DNA of 64,000 nt. Source: an uncultured cyanobacterium. GTDB taxonomy: Bacteria; Cyanobacteriota; Cyanobacteriia; PCC-9006; JAAUQQ01. This document shows, piece by piece, positions 29,722 to 38,335 of the stretch (positions within the stretch are counted from its first letter, which is position 1; each line of letters opens with the position of its first letter). The position numbers and the translations under genes are program-made. The stretch covers positions 5,376,001-5,440,000 of the forward strand of contig OY970368.1 of the NCBI GenBank assembly GCA_963718615.1, written 5' to 3'. Under the pieces are notes generated by a model. The model worked only from the letters and a program-made list of their open reading frames with translations. It did not search any database and had not been told where the DNA came from.

Positions 29722-31485
29722 GTCGAGCCAAAGTCGATTACGAACTACATTGAGAAACTGCTTGCAGCAAAAGTTGCTCATTACGCCTATTTCAACTTGA
29801 TATTTGAGTCTGTCTTACAGATTGATTCACAGAAAAAAATTGATATTCTTTTGATTGCTGCCCAGCTTGTCCCCGAAAGCACTCAGTTATGGTATTTGGT
29901 TTCTAATTGGGTGCGAGGCTCGTATCCTGATGAGAATGAGCTAGACAAAGTCTTTGAAAAATTTTATCTGGCTGGCTGCCAGAATTATGAGTTGATGGCC
30001 GGATGGTTAAAAAATCTTTCATTGACTCAAGCCAAAAGGCGAGCAAGAGAGTGGTTAAAAGATGTTCAAAACTCTCATGTACTCTGTCGCTGTTTAGACT
30101 TACTAGGGCAAGATGCCAAACAAGAAGCCATTGCCTTACTCTCCACACCGGGGCAACACCCTCATGTACTCTGTCGCTGTTTGGACTTACTAGGGCAAGA
30201 TGCCAAACAAGAAGCCATTGCCTTACTCTCCACACCAGGGCAAAATTTTGATGTACTCTGTCGCTGTTTAGACTTACTAGGGCAAGATGCCAAACAAGAA
30301 GCCATTGCCTTACTCTCCACACCAGGGCAAAATTTTGATGTACTCTGTCGCTGTTTAGACTTACTAGGGCAAGATGCCAAACAAGAAGCCATTGCCTTAC
30401 TCTCCACACCAGGGCAAAATTTTGATGTACTCTGTCGCTGTTTAGACTTACTAGGGCAAGATGCCAAACAAGAAGCCATTGCCTTACTCTCCACACCAGG
30501 GCAAAGCAAGGAAGTACTCTGTCGCTGTTTAGACTTACTAGGGCAAGATGCCAAACAAGAAGCCATTGCCTTACTCTCCACACCAGGGCAAAATTTTGAT
30601 GTACTCTGTCGCTGTTTAGACTTACTAGGGCAAGATGCCAAACAAGAAGCCATTGCCTTACTCTCCACACCAGGGCAAAGCAAGGAAGTACTCTGTCGCT
30701 GTTTAGACTTACTAGGGCAAGATGCCAAACAAGAAGCCATTGCCTTACTCTCCACACCGAGGCAAAGCAAGGAAGTACTCTGTCGCTGTTTGGACTTGCT
30801 AGGACAAGAAGCTGAAGACTTTGCTCGAGAAAAAATTGACTCTTGGACAAAAATTAATCCACAGGTGCTAGCTAAATGCTTTGCCATCGCGGGTGGAACG
30901 CCAGAAGCGCAAAAAGCAGCCAACGAAATTCTCTTGCGTTGGCGGACTGGGGAGACATTTCATGCTTCTCACAAGAGCGCTGCTCTACGTGCACCTTTTA
31001 ACACTGAAATACGAAGAACAATGGCGTTTCAGGTTCTCAACAACTGGCACAAAGAATATCGTCCGGTGGTTCATTCTGCTCTGACAGTTTTCTGGAACGA
31101 CCCAAATGCAGTTGCAGATTATTGTCGTAAGATTCTAGAGCGGTGGGGATCAGAAATCACATATCAACGTAAACATAAGGCGAAACGATATGATGGACAC
31201 ATCATCAAGGCCTTAGCTAATCCCAGTCTCAGAAATCAAGCAAAGGCAGAATCTAAAAAAATGTTGAGGACAGAAGCCCAGTCATCTGGCTTTCTGACTC
31301 CATCACTGCATCAACAAGCACTTGAGATTAGTCAAGGGCAATTTCCTTCCTGGACTGGCAAAGAAGGTGAAGCCGAGCTGTTAGAGGCTTCTGAACCTAC
31401 CATACACGAAGCACCAAAAGTCTTAGAGCAATGGCAAAAGAAATTAGAACAATTAAAAGATTTCTGTCAGGAAGAAGAGGAATAG
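29722..31485 (+). CDS. C-terminal helical-repeat part of the same NLR-like gene (in frame with 28276)
   Basis: Open frame continues immediately after the TGA at 29719-29721 (VEPKSITNYIEK...); contains the 29-aa repeats; no evident RBS or ATG of its own. Confidence 0.75.
   Translation, partial: VEPKSITNYIEKLLAAKVAHYAYFNLIFESVLQIDSQKKIDILLIAAQLVPESTQLWYLVSNWVRGSYPDENELDKVFEKFYLAGCQNYELMAGWLKNLSLTQAKRRAREWLKDVQNSHVLCRCLDLLGQDAKQEAIALLSTPGQHPHVLCRCLDLLGQDAKQEAIALLSTPGQNFDVLCRCLDLLGQDAKQEAIALLSTPGQNFDVLCRCLDLLGQDAKQEAIALLSTPGQNFDVLCRCLDLLGQDAKQEAIALLSTPGQSKEVLCRCLDLLGQDAKQEAIALLSTPGQNFDVLCRCLDLLGQDAKQEAIALLSTPGQSKEVLCRCLDLLGQDAKQEAIALLSTPRQSKEVLCRCLDLLGQEAEDFAREKIDSWTKINPQVLAKCFAIAGGTPEAQKAANEILLRWRTGETFHASHKSAALRAPFNTEIRRTMAFQVLNNWHKEYRPVVHSALTVFWNDPNAVADYCRKILERWGSEITYQRKHKAKRYDGHIIKALANPSLRNQAKAESKKMLRTEAQSSGFLTPSLHQQALEISQGQFPSWTGKEGEAELLEASEPTIHEAPKVLEQWQKKLEQLKDFCQEEEE
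30079..30810 (+). repeat. 87-bp coding tandem repeat, 8 full units plus 1 partial
   Basis: Units start at 30079, 30166, 30253, 30340, 30427, 30514, 30601, 30688 and 30775; they encode VLCRCLDLLGQDAKQEAIALLSTPGQxxx. Confidence 0.97.
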
Positions 31486-31654
31486 ATACAGCTTTTTCCC
31501 TGAATGATTAAAGCGAATATTTTGGTTTTCTCATTAGCCTAATAGCTGTTAGGTCTGCCTTCCGCATTATAACTCTTTACCCCTTCGTTATGAGTTCCGA
31601 GTCACCCATGCTTCGTGTCAAATTGAGAGGAACTCTTGGGCGAGGTGACGACCT

Positions 31655-32213
31655 ATGACCGTTACAACCCAGAAACCCATGACCCTTGAAGAGTTCCTCA
31701 CCTATGACGACGGCACCGAAAATCGTTACGAGCTGGTAGATGAGGCCTTAGTCGAGATGGGGATGGAAAGCACTGCAAATCTTCAGATCACAAGGCTTCT
31801 GATAGAAGCCTTTCTAAGATTGGTTGGACGCAAGCGAGTAACAGTCAAGCTGAAAATAGAAGTGAGAAATGGTTTTGCTGCCGCACGCGATGCCGATCTC
31901 GTCATCCACTCAGAAGAATCCCGACTAGCCATCAAGGGTCGTTCGGAAGGTTGCCTATTTTGGAATGAGCCCAATCCGTTAATTGTGATTGAGATTGTAT
32001 CTCGGGGGGGCGACTGAGAACTATCAGCGAGATTATGCCCAACAACCTCGGGAATATGGCGATCGCGGCATCCTCGAATTATGGCAAGTTGACCTAGAGC
32101 GCGCCTGGGTCAAAATTGGAACCCTAAAGGATAGAATCTATGAATTTGAGACCTTTCAGGGCGATGGCGAAACTGTCTCCCATAATTGCACCCACCTACT
32201 TATCTACTTATAA
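31655..32213 (+). pseudogene. Frameshifted Uma2-family (PD-(D/E)xK) endonuclease
   Basis: MTLEEFLTYDDGT..RYELVD and PLIVIEIVS in one frame; NYQRDY..K/P.EY..RGI.E.W.VD in another. Break is at the G7 run 32004-32010; C-terminus is degenerate. Confidence 0.8.
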
Positions 32214-32249
32214 TATGAACACTGAGGAGCTAGTTTCTGGGGAAAAGTC

Positions 32250-32489
32250 ATGACCACAATCAACGCACTGAAGGAAACATTAGACACCTTCACCGAAGAT
32301 GAACTCCAATCGATTGCAGAGTTCATGGCATTCCTCAAGTTTCGGACGCAGCAGATCCCGCTAATTCCAGAGATCGAGGATACTCCAAAAGATCAAGTTC
32401 TCACAGACTTTCACCAAGCTTGGCACGAGGCTTCAACGGATCAGGGCGTTCCGGTTGCTCAACTACGGGAAGAGCTAGAGAATGAGTAA
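32250..32489 (+). CDS. Small antitoxin-like protein (orphan)
   Basis: EF.AFLK helix and QAWHEA...PV.QL.EEL tail resembling cyanobacterial type II antitoxins; no cognate toxin ORF follows. Confidence 0.5.
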   Translation: MTTINALKETLDTFTEDELQSIAEFMAFLKFRTQQIPLIPEIEDTPKDQVLTDFHQAWHEASTDQGVPVAQLREELENE

Positions 32490-32513
32490 TCTCGATCTGA
32501 TGACCTATCCCCA

Positions 32514-32855
32514 ATGACCCTTCAAGAACTCGAAACCCAAATCCAAACCTTAACTCCGATAGAAAAAGCTCAGGTACTCCAACTCCTGCTGCAAACCAGT
32601 AGTACGACCTCCCGCAGTATCACCAAAACCGCCGGCGTCATGGGAGGCGATGCATGCCTCGCCAACACCCGCCTGCCCGTGTGGCTCTTCGTCGATCTCC
32701 ATAACCAAGGAGCCACCGACGCCGATATCCTTAAACTTTATCCTCACCTCAGCGCTGCCGATTTAGTGAATGTTTGGGTCTATGCCCACGCCAACCCAGA
32801 AGAGATCGAAAAAGCCTTACAAGAACAAGAAGCTGCGATGCAAGAACCTGTCTAA
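32514..32855 (+). CDS. DUF433-family antitoxin
   Basis: ITKT.GVMGGDAC...TRLPVW, GATDA.IL..YP.LSAADL...W.Y. Confidence 0.85.
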   Translation: MTLQELETQIQTLTPIEKAQVLQLLLQTSSTTSRSITKTAGVMGGDACLANTRLPVWLFVDLHNQGATDADILKLYPHLSAADLVNVWVYAHANPEEIEKALQEQEAAMQEPV

Positions 32856-32857
32856 CT

Positions 32858-33193
32858 ATGACCCGCCTCTATGCCGACGAACAGTTTCCCAAAGCGACCT
32901 CAGAGCAACTACGCGTCCTAGACCATGATGTATTAACCGTACAAGAAGCGGGAAACGCTGGTGATTCCGACCCAGAGGTTTTAGCCTTTGCCGTAGCAGC
33001 AGATCGCGCCGTTATTACCCAAAATCGTCGAGACTTTATTCGTCTGCATCGCCAGAGCTCTGAACATGCAGGCATCATCGTTTGCTCCGTGGACCAAGAT
33101 AGTGAAGCCCTGGCAAATCGCATCAACGCCGCTATCTTCGTAGAAAAACCCTTAGCTGGCAAGCTGATCCGCGTTGTTCGGCCTGCTCGATAA
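32858..33193 (+). CDS. DUF5615 / Mut7-C-like PIN toxin
   Basis: RLYADEQFP, HDVLTVQEAG, D.EVL.FA, RAVIT.NRRDFI.LH, HAGIIV; directly follows the DUF433 gene. Confidence 0.85.
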   Translation: MTRLYADEQFPKATSEQLRVLDHDVLTVQEAGNAGDSDPEVLAFAVAADRAVITQNRRDFIRLHRQSSEHAGIIVCSVDQDSEALANRINAAIFVEKPLAGKLIRVVRPAR

Positions 33194-33220
33194 TTTCCAT
33201 AATTCCTCGTCGGAGGCCCC

Positions 33221-33769
33221 ATGAGCGAAGACCCCATCCTCAAAATCTGGCTGCTCGAATACGACAAACTCAAAGCCGAACAAACCCAACGCATCGGCTT
33301 CCGCGACAACCTCCTCTACGTCACCCTCGGCCTCTTCGGCGTCATCCTCCCCTTCGCCCTCTCCAGCCCCAGCAACTACCGTGCCCTCCTCGTCATTCCC
33401 TGGGTCAGTCTCATCTTAGGCTGGACCTACCTAATCAACGACGAAAAAATCTCCGCCATCGGACGCTATATCCGCCTCACCCTCACCGAAAAAATCAAAA
33501 CCAAAACCAACCATGCCGAGATCGAATCCCTCTTCGGCTGGGAAATTGCCCATCGCAGCGACACCCGCCGCTCCCGCCGCAAAATCGAACAACTGGTCGT
33601 TGATCAAATTACGTTCGTGGTCTCCGGTATCGCTGCTGTGATCATCTTTTGGATGCTCGTGCCCACCGCTAGTTTGGTGTTGAAAGGGTTGGCGATCGCC
33701 GAAATCCTCTTTCTCCTCATTCTCGCCTACGAAATCATCATCTACGCAGACCTCGCCAAAGGTCGATAA
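33221..33769 (+). CDS. Hypothetical 4-TM membrane protein
   Basis: RBS GGAGG; four hydrophobic segments; EY..LK.EQ..RIGFRDNL and WTYL.ND.KISAIGRY motifs. Confidence 0.7.
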   Translation: MSEDPILKIWLLEYDKLKAEQTQRIGFRDNLLYVTLGLFGVILPFALSSPSNYRALLVIPWVSLILGWTYLINDEKISAIGRYIRLTLTEKIKTKTNHAEIESLFGWEIAHRSDTRRSRRKIEQLVVDQITFVVSGIAAVIIFWMLVPTASLVLKGLAIAEILFLLILAYEIIIYADLAKGR

Positions 33770-33839
33770 CCGCCGGGAGCACAGCCATGCCTAAAGCCAT
33801 GCAATGCAACCCAATAATTAGGTTGAGCTACTTTAATCG

Positions 33840-34382
33840 CTAAAACGCATAGTCCTCATTATCTAACGCATCATCATCCAGATCCGAGCTTTCAATCGGG
33901 GCTAAACGCACCGCACTGGAAAACCCAGCCGCCTTAAATTGTTCCAGTTGCAGCGGAGGTTTTTGGCTCGACGGAACTGAAATTCGGATAGAAAAATCAC
34001 TCTTTCCAGATGGCACCTCAGGAATTCCACCTAGGCGCGTGCGGTTTTGCATGACAGAGTTGTGGGATTGGTCATACACCCGGCCAAAGACATCCGCATC
34101 GTAGACCGTCTTCCCCGTTGGGTTATTGACCGTGCCCAGAATTAAATAGCAAGTTGCGGGCTGGCTACTGCCGCTGGCAACCATCCCCCCCGCAATTTCC
34201 TCGGGGCATTCTTCGTAGCGAATATTTGAGACCGACATTTGGGTAATCGCGTAGGCCGGAGCCGCGATCGCCAGGTTCAGCAAAACCAGTCCCAAGCAAA
34301 ACCCTACCCAGAACCGAGTTCTCAAGCGGTTTCTCAAGTGAGGTCTCAAGCCGGTGAGATGCGATCGCAGTTGTTGCAACAT
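33840..34382 (-). CDS. Conserved exported cyanobacterial hypothetical protein
   Basis: Signal peptide (..APAYA), two Cys, VYDADVFGRVYD, LEQFKAAGF. Confidence 0.65.
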   Translation of the reverse strand: MLQQLRSHLTGLRPHLRNRLRTRFWVGFCLGLVLLNLAIAAPAYAITQMSVSNIRYEECPEEIAGGMVASGSSQPATCYLILGTVNNPTGKTVYDADVFGRVYDQSHNSVMQNRTRLGGIPEVPSGKSDFSIRISVPSSQKPPLQLEQFKAAGFSSAVRLAPIESSDLDDDALDNEDYAF

Positions 34383-34460
34383 TGCTTTCCCCGTATTCCA
34401 ATGACTATGGCAATGATTATGGCAAATCCCGGTCCCCTCAGCACCTGGATCCAACCGCTG

Positions 34461-35225
34461 CTACTGAACCGGCGCGGCTTCCGCTGCGTCGCCCACCCGC
34501 TGAGAGGTGTAGCCCGTACCCCGCACCGTAATAATCAGCTCAGGATTGCGCGGATCGGGTTCCAGTTTCGATCGTAGCCGTGCCACATAGACATCCACCA
34601 CCCGCAGATCCGCAGCCCGACGCGGGGGATAGCCCCACAGCTCCTGCAAAATCTCAGCGCGGGGAACGACCTGGCCCGGTTGGCGAAACAGCATCTCTAA
34701 CAAACTAAATTCGGTGTAGGTCAAGGGCACCCGCTGTCCCTCACGAAACACCTGACGACGGTTCGTATCAATTTCAATGCGTCCAATGGACAGAATGCCC
34801 TGCTGGGAAGGGGCCGCATTCACCGAAGAATCTACACGGCGCAAAATGCAGGCGATCCGAGCCTCTAGCTCCTTGGGGGAAAAAGGCTTCGCCAAGTAGT
34901 CATCGGCTCCAATGTCCAAGCCCGCAATGCGATCGGCGATCGTCCCCAAGGCCGACAGCATGATGATGGGAACGTTGGAGTCCTTGCGCAACTGGCGGCA
35001 GACTCCGTAGCCATCGAGCTTCGGCAACATCACATCTAAAACAATCAGATCAGGCACCTCAGCCTCGTAGACCTCTAGGGCCTCTTCTCCATCAGAGGCG
35101 ACAATAACCTGGTAGCCCGCCATGGAGAGACGCATGGTGAGAATTCGACGCACTGCCGCCTCATCATCGACGACGAGGATTTTTTCTTTGACACGGCTTT
35201 CATCTTTGGGGGTGTAATTCGCCAT
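34461..35225 (-). CDS. OmpR-family response regulator, RpaB paralog (SrrA-like)
   Basis: KEKILVVDDE, LDVMLPKLDGYGVC, LTYTEFSLLE, DLRVVDVYVARLRSKLE (differs from the RpaB VVDVHISRLR), ELIITVRGTGY. Confidence 0.85.
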   Translation of the reverse strand: MANYTPKDESRVKEKILVVDDEAAVRRILTMRLSMAGYQVIVASDGEEALEVYEAEVPDLIVLDVMLPKLDGYGVCRQLRKDSNVPIIMLSALGTIADRIAGLDIGADDYLAKPFSPKELEARIACILRRVDSSVNAAPSQQGILSIGRIEIDTNRRQVFREGQRVPLTYTEFSLLEMLFRQPGQVVPRAEILQELWGYPPRRAADLRVVDVYVARLRSKLEPDPRNPELIITVRGTGYTSQRVGDAAEAAPVQ

Positions 35226-35405
35226 CGAGAATGCGCTTTTTATTAAGAGAATTTATTTATCGGTGCCCTAATTGTAACAAAGTTTGAAGCCAGGGTTGGC
35301 GATCGCCCCCAAATGAGTCCAGATTCCCCCAGAGTCCTCCAGAGGCGCGCCAGCTCCCACTCCCTCCCACTCCCTCCCACTCTCTCTCACTCCGCCTCCC
35401 ATTCC

Positions 35406-36713
35406 CTAGCCATTCCAAGCCGTCTCGGCATCCTGAAGCGCCGTCTCAACGGTTTTTGCACCCAGCATGGCCGCCTGGAGGTTTTCATAGATGGCCTTTT
35501 GCAGCTTGTTCAAATCCTTCATCGCTGGGACCAAGACCTCGGCGTCCTGCATTTGGCTGGCGCTGACGGCGCGGGCCTGCTCCACGGCGGAGGCTTTTTC
35601 TCCCAAGGCTGTCAGTCCGTCCACATAGTCTGCCAGGGCCTTTTCGGTCGAAGGCAAGACATTAGCCTCCCGCGCAAAGGTCAACTGGTTCGCCGAATTG
35701 GTGACGAATAGCGCAAACTTGAGCGCGCCGTCTGGATTATCGGTGCCCTTGGGAATTACGAGGTTCATCACCGCGACATTTTTCTTGCCGGTGCTGCCGG
35801 TAATTTGGCTGCTGGCGGCGGAAACTTCGGCAATTTGAGGGGCGTTGGTCGTGATCGTATTCAGAAATTCTGCGCCAGAGGACAAGATCGCCGTTTGGCC
35901 TGACTGGTAGAGGTCGATGGCTCGACGATGGCCCTGGGTCAGGACTTCCTGGGGCAGGAGCTTATTTTGATAGAGGTCAACCCAGTACTGAAACGCCGCT
36001 TTACCCTCAGGTGAATTAAACGCCGCCTTGCCCTCAGCATCCACCAAGGTGACGCCCATTTGGACCATGGATTCCAGCAGTTCCCCAGAATCCTCGGGCA
36101 CAACAGTCGTAAAAAAGGCATACTTGCCGGTCTTTTCCTTCATCAACCGGGCTGCCGTCGCCAGTTCCTCATAGGTTGTGGGGGTTTTTTCGATGCCCGC
36201 CTGTTTGAGTAAATCCTGGTTATAAATGGCGACGCGGGTGGTGAGATACCAGGGTAAGCCAAAGCTGACCTCGCCCAAACTGCTGGCCTGCCAGATTTTC
36301 GGCAAGTATTCGGCCTTGGCTTCCGGCGCAACCACTTCATTGAGGTTGAGCCAAGCGTCTCGCCCTGCAAGCTGCGAAGCAAAATCGGGGTTGAGATTAA
36401 CCACATCCGGTGCGGTTCCCGCCGACACCGCCGAGAGGATTTTGCTCTCCATGGCAGTCCAAGGCACATCCACCCATTTGACCTTGAGGTCAGGGTTCTG
36501 CTGCTCAAAATCCGCGATCAGTCCGTTGAAATAATCCGTGAATTTGGGTTGAAGCTGCATCGTCCAAAATTCAATTTCAGGGTTTGCCGCTGAGTTCCTC
36601 GCGGTTTGGGACGGCGCACCACAACTAGCCACCCCCCAGCAGAGCAACAGACCCACAAGCATCAAATGGAGAAAACGCCGCCGAACGCGATTCCAAGCAA
36701 AGGAAAAGGCCAT
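35406..36713 (-). CDS. Sugar ABC transporter substrate-binding lipoprotein
   Basis: VASC lipobox, EFWTMQL.PKF, APDVVNLNP.FA, GLPWYL. Confidence 0.88.
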   Translation of the reverse strand: MAFSFAWNRVRRRFLHLMLVGLLLCWGVASCGAPSQTARNSAANPEIEFWTMQLQPKFTDYFNGLIADFEQQNPDLKVKWVDVPWTAMESKILSAVSAGTAPDVVNLNPDFASQLAGRDAWLNLNEVVAPEAKAEYLPKIWQASSLGEVSFGLPWYLTTRVAIYNQDLLKQAGIEKTPTTYEELATAARLMKEKTGKYAFFTTVVPEDSGELLESMVQMGVTLVDAEGKAAFNSPEGKAAFQYWVDLYQNKLLPQEVLTQGHRRAIDLYQSGQTAILSSGAEFLNTITTNAPQIAEVSAASSQITGSTGKKNVAVMNLVIPKGTDNPDGALKFALFVTNSANQLTFAREANVLPSTEKALADYVDGLTALGEKASAVEQARAVSASQMQDAEVLVPAMKDLNKLQKAIYENLQAAMLGAKTVETALQDAETAWNG

Positions 36714-36896
36714 GGAGGATGTCGTGAAGAAGAGCGGGATCTAGAGTAATACATTGCAGTAATACATTGCTGGGGATTCTGCGATTTGGCTGAGCCGCAG
36801 GGGTACCCTAAACGATAAGCCTCGATCGCTCCCGACCTAACCCGCTTGCTAGCCGGGGGCGATCGCGGAATTTTGGTCAACTCAGGAAACCGCGTT

Positions 36897-37643
36897 ATGA
36901 GCTACTCCGTCGCTGAGCCACTCGGGTCCATTCCCGATGAGCAGAATGCCTGGGACCGTGAAGCCTGGGCAAGTGTCGTGGAGCCAGGGGAAACATTTTT
37001 TGCACTGGGAAATTCGGTGGGTCGATTGCTGTGCGATCGCGACTACACGATCATCCTAGGCCGCGCCTCTAGCCAGTATGCGGTGCCCCATCTTGCCGAA
37101 CAGTGGCAGGCTGCCCAAACCGCCATCTACCAGCTTGTTGGCCTCTGTGATGCCCTCGATAGCGATGGCATCACCCTGTATACGCCCAAGCCCGAGGCGC
37201 TGATCCAGCCGCATTTTCAATGCCACGAGGCCGTCACGAGTTCGACCCTACAAACGATTTTGGCGGGGCAAACCTGTCCTGAAGCGATCAATCTGACGCT
37301 CTGCCTCCAAACGGCCCTCGCCCATTATTTTCGCCGCAAGGCCGAGGGCCGCACTAAAGCCAATGGTGAGGTCATTTTGGCCCTGTTTGATGGCGAACCC
37401 CTGAATCGCATGGGGATTGTGCGGGCGATCGTTGACGCGACTAAACATATCAACCATGCCGGAGAGCTAGGGATTGGCCTCTTGCAGATTGGCGACAACT
37501 CCATCGCCGAGGGCTTCTTTAGCCTGCTCGATCACGACTTGCAGCTTGCAGGCGCGGCCTTTGACATCGTCAAATTCTGGAAAGTTGATTCCCTCAATGG
37601 CGATAGCTTAACCGAGTTTTTGACGGAGGTTATCCGTCACTAG
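36897..37643 (+). CDS. vWA-like domain protein with a degenerate MIDAS motif
   Basis: RDYTII, D.DGITLY, DGEP, ELGIG..QIG, LD.DL...GA.FDIV pattern of cyanobacterial vWA proteins. Confidence 0.65.
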   Translation: MSYSVAEPLGSIPDEQNAWDREAWASVVEPGETFFALGNSVGRLLCDRDYTIILGRASSQYAVPHLAEQWQAAQTAIYQLVGLCDALDSDGITLYTPKPEALIQPHFQCHEAVTSSTLQTILAGQTCPEAINLTLCLQTALAHYFRRKAEGRTKANGEVILALFDGEPLNRMGIVRAIVDATKHINHAGELGIGLLQIGDNSIAEGFFSLLDHDLQLAGAAFDIVKFWKVDSLNGDSLTEFLTEVIRH

Positions 37644-38274
37644 GAGCAGTGTTGGGAAGCGACGCCACGGGTTTTACCGCCTTCGGTGTCCGGGTACGCC
37701 GCCGCTTTTCCTTTTTGGGCTTGGGTTCGGTCTTCAAATCCAAGAGGCCTGGAGGCGGAATAATTTCGATGCGCTGGGCTTCCAAATCCACCACCGGCAC
37801 AATGTCATAGACAAAGGGAATCAAGACCTTCGCCGCCGAATCGTTGAGGGCAACTTCCAGGAGGTCATTCCCCGCCATCAACACATCTACGACAGTACCG
37901 ATCGCCTCCCCCTGGGTTTGGTCAATCACGGTTAAACCGACTAAATCCATCACATGGAACTCGCCCTCATCAAGGGGCAATCGCTCCGTTGCCGCCACAA
38001 AGATCTCCGCCTGCCGCAGTTGCTCGGCTTGGTCTCGGTCGTCGATGTCGGCCAGCCGGATGACATAGAGGTCTTTGTTGGGCAAGAGGCGGCCCGCCAC
38101 CAGTTCAACCCGTTCCGGTTCTGGGGCATTGGGGCGGCGGAGCCAGCGATCGCCCGGTTCCAAAAACCGCTCGGGAAAATCCGTCTCTGAATAAACCCGC
38201 AGCTCCCCATGGAGCCCTTGGGGAGACACAATCCGACCAATCAAAATCCAATCTTGGGGGTCCAGTTCGGTCAT
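37630..38274 (-). CDS. rimM: 16S rRNA processing protein RimM
   Basis: [41 protein letters not shown]. Confidence 0.95.
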   Translation of the reverse strand: MTELDPQDWILIGRIVSPQGLHGELRVYSETDFPERFLEPGDRWLRRPNAPEPERVELVAGRLLPNKDLYVIRLADIDDRDQAEQLRQAEIFVAATERLPLDEGEFHVMDLVGLTVIDQTQGEAIGTVVDVLMAGNDLLEVALNDSAAKVLIPFVYDIVPVVDLEAQRIEIIPPPGLLDLKTEPKPKKEKRRRTRTPKAVKPVASLPNTAPSDG

Positions 38275-38335
38275 AAAACCTGCAATTGATCTATTGAATC
38301 TAATGAATCTAAAGCTTGAGCATAAAGGATTAAGG

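Noticed and set aside
29719-29770. Selenocysteine recoding of the in-frame TGA, prompted by selD in the window
   Set aside because: No convincing SECIS hairpin downstream, no redox-motif context and no selA/selB/tRNA-Sec seen; a nonsense change from Trp is simpler.
30079-30810. 87-bp repeat array as a CRISPR array
   Set aside because: The constant part is 78 bp, the 'spacers' are only 9 bp and recur, the period is a multiple of 3 inside an open frame, and there are no cas genes.
29903-30923. Long minus-strand ORFs (315 aa and 253 aa) over the repeats
   Set aside because: Shadow ORFs created by a stop-free repeat unit; the + frame is continuous with the NTPase gene.
35260-35292. HLR1 (RpaB) site upstream of the SrrA-like regulator
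   Set aside because: Only one good half-site (GTTACAAT on the - strand); the second repeat is poor.
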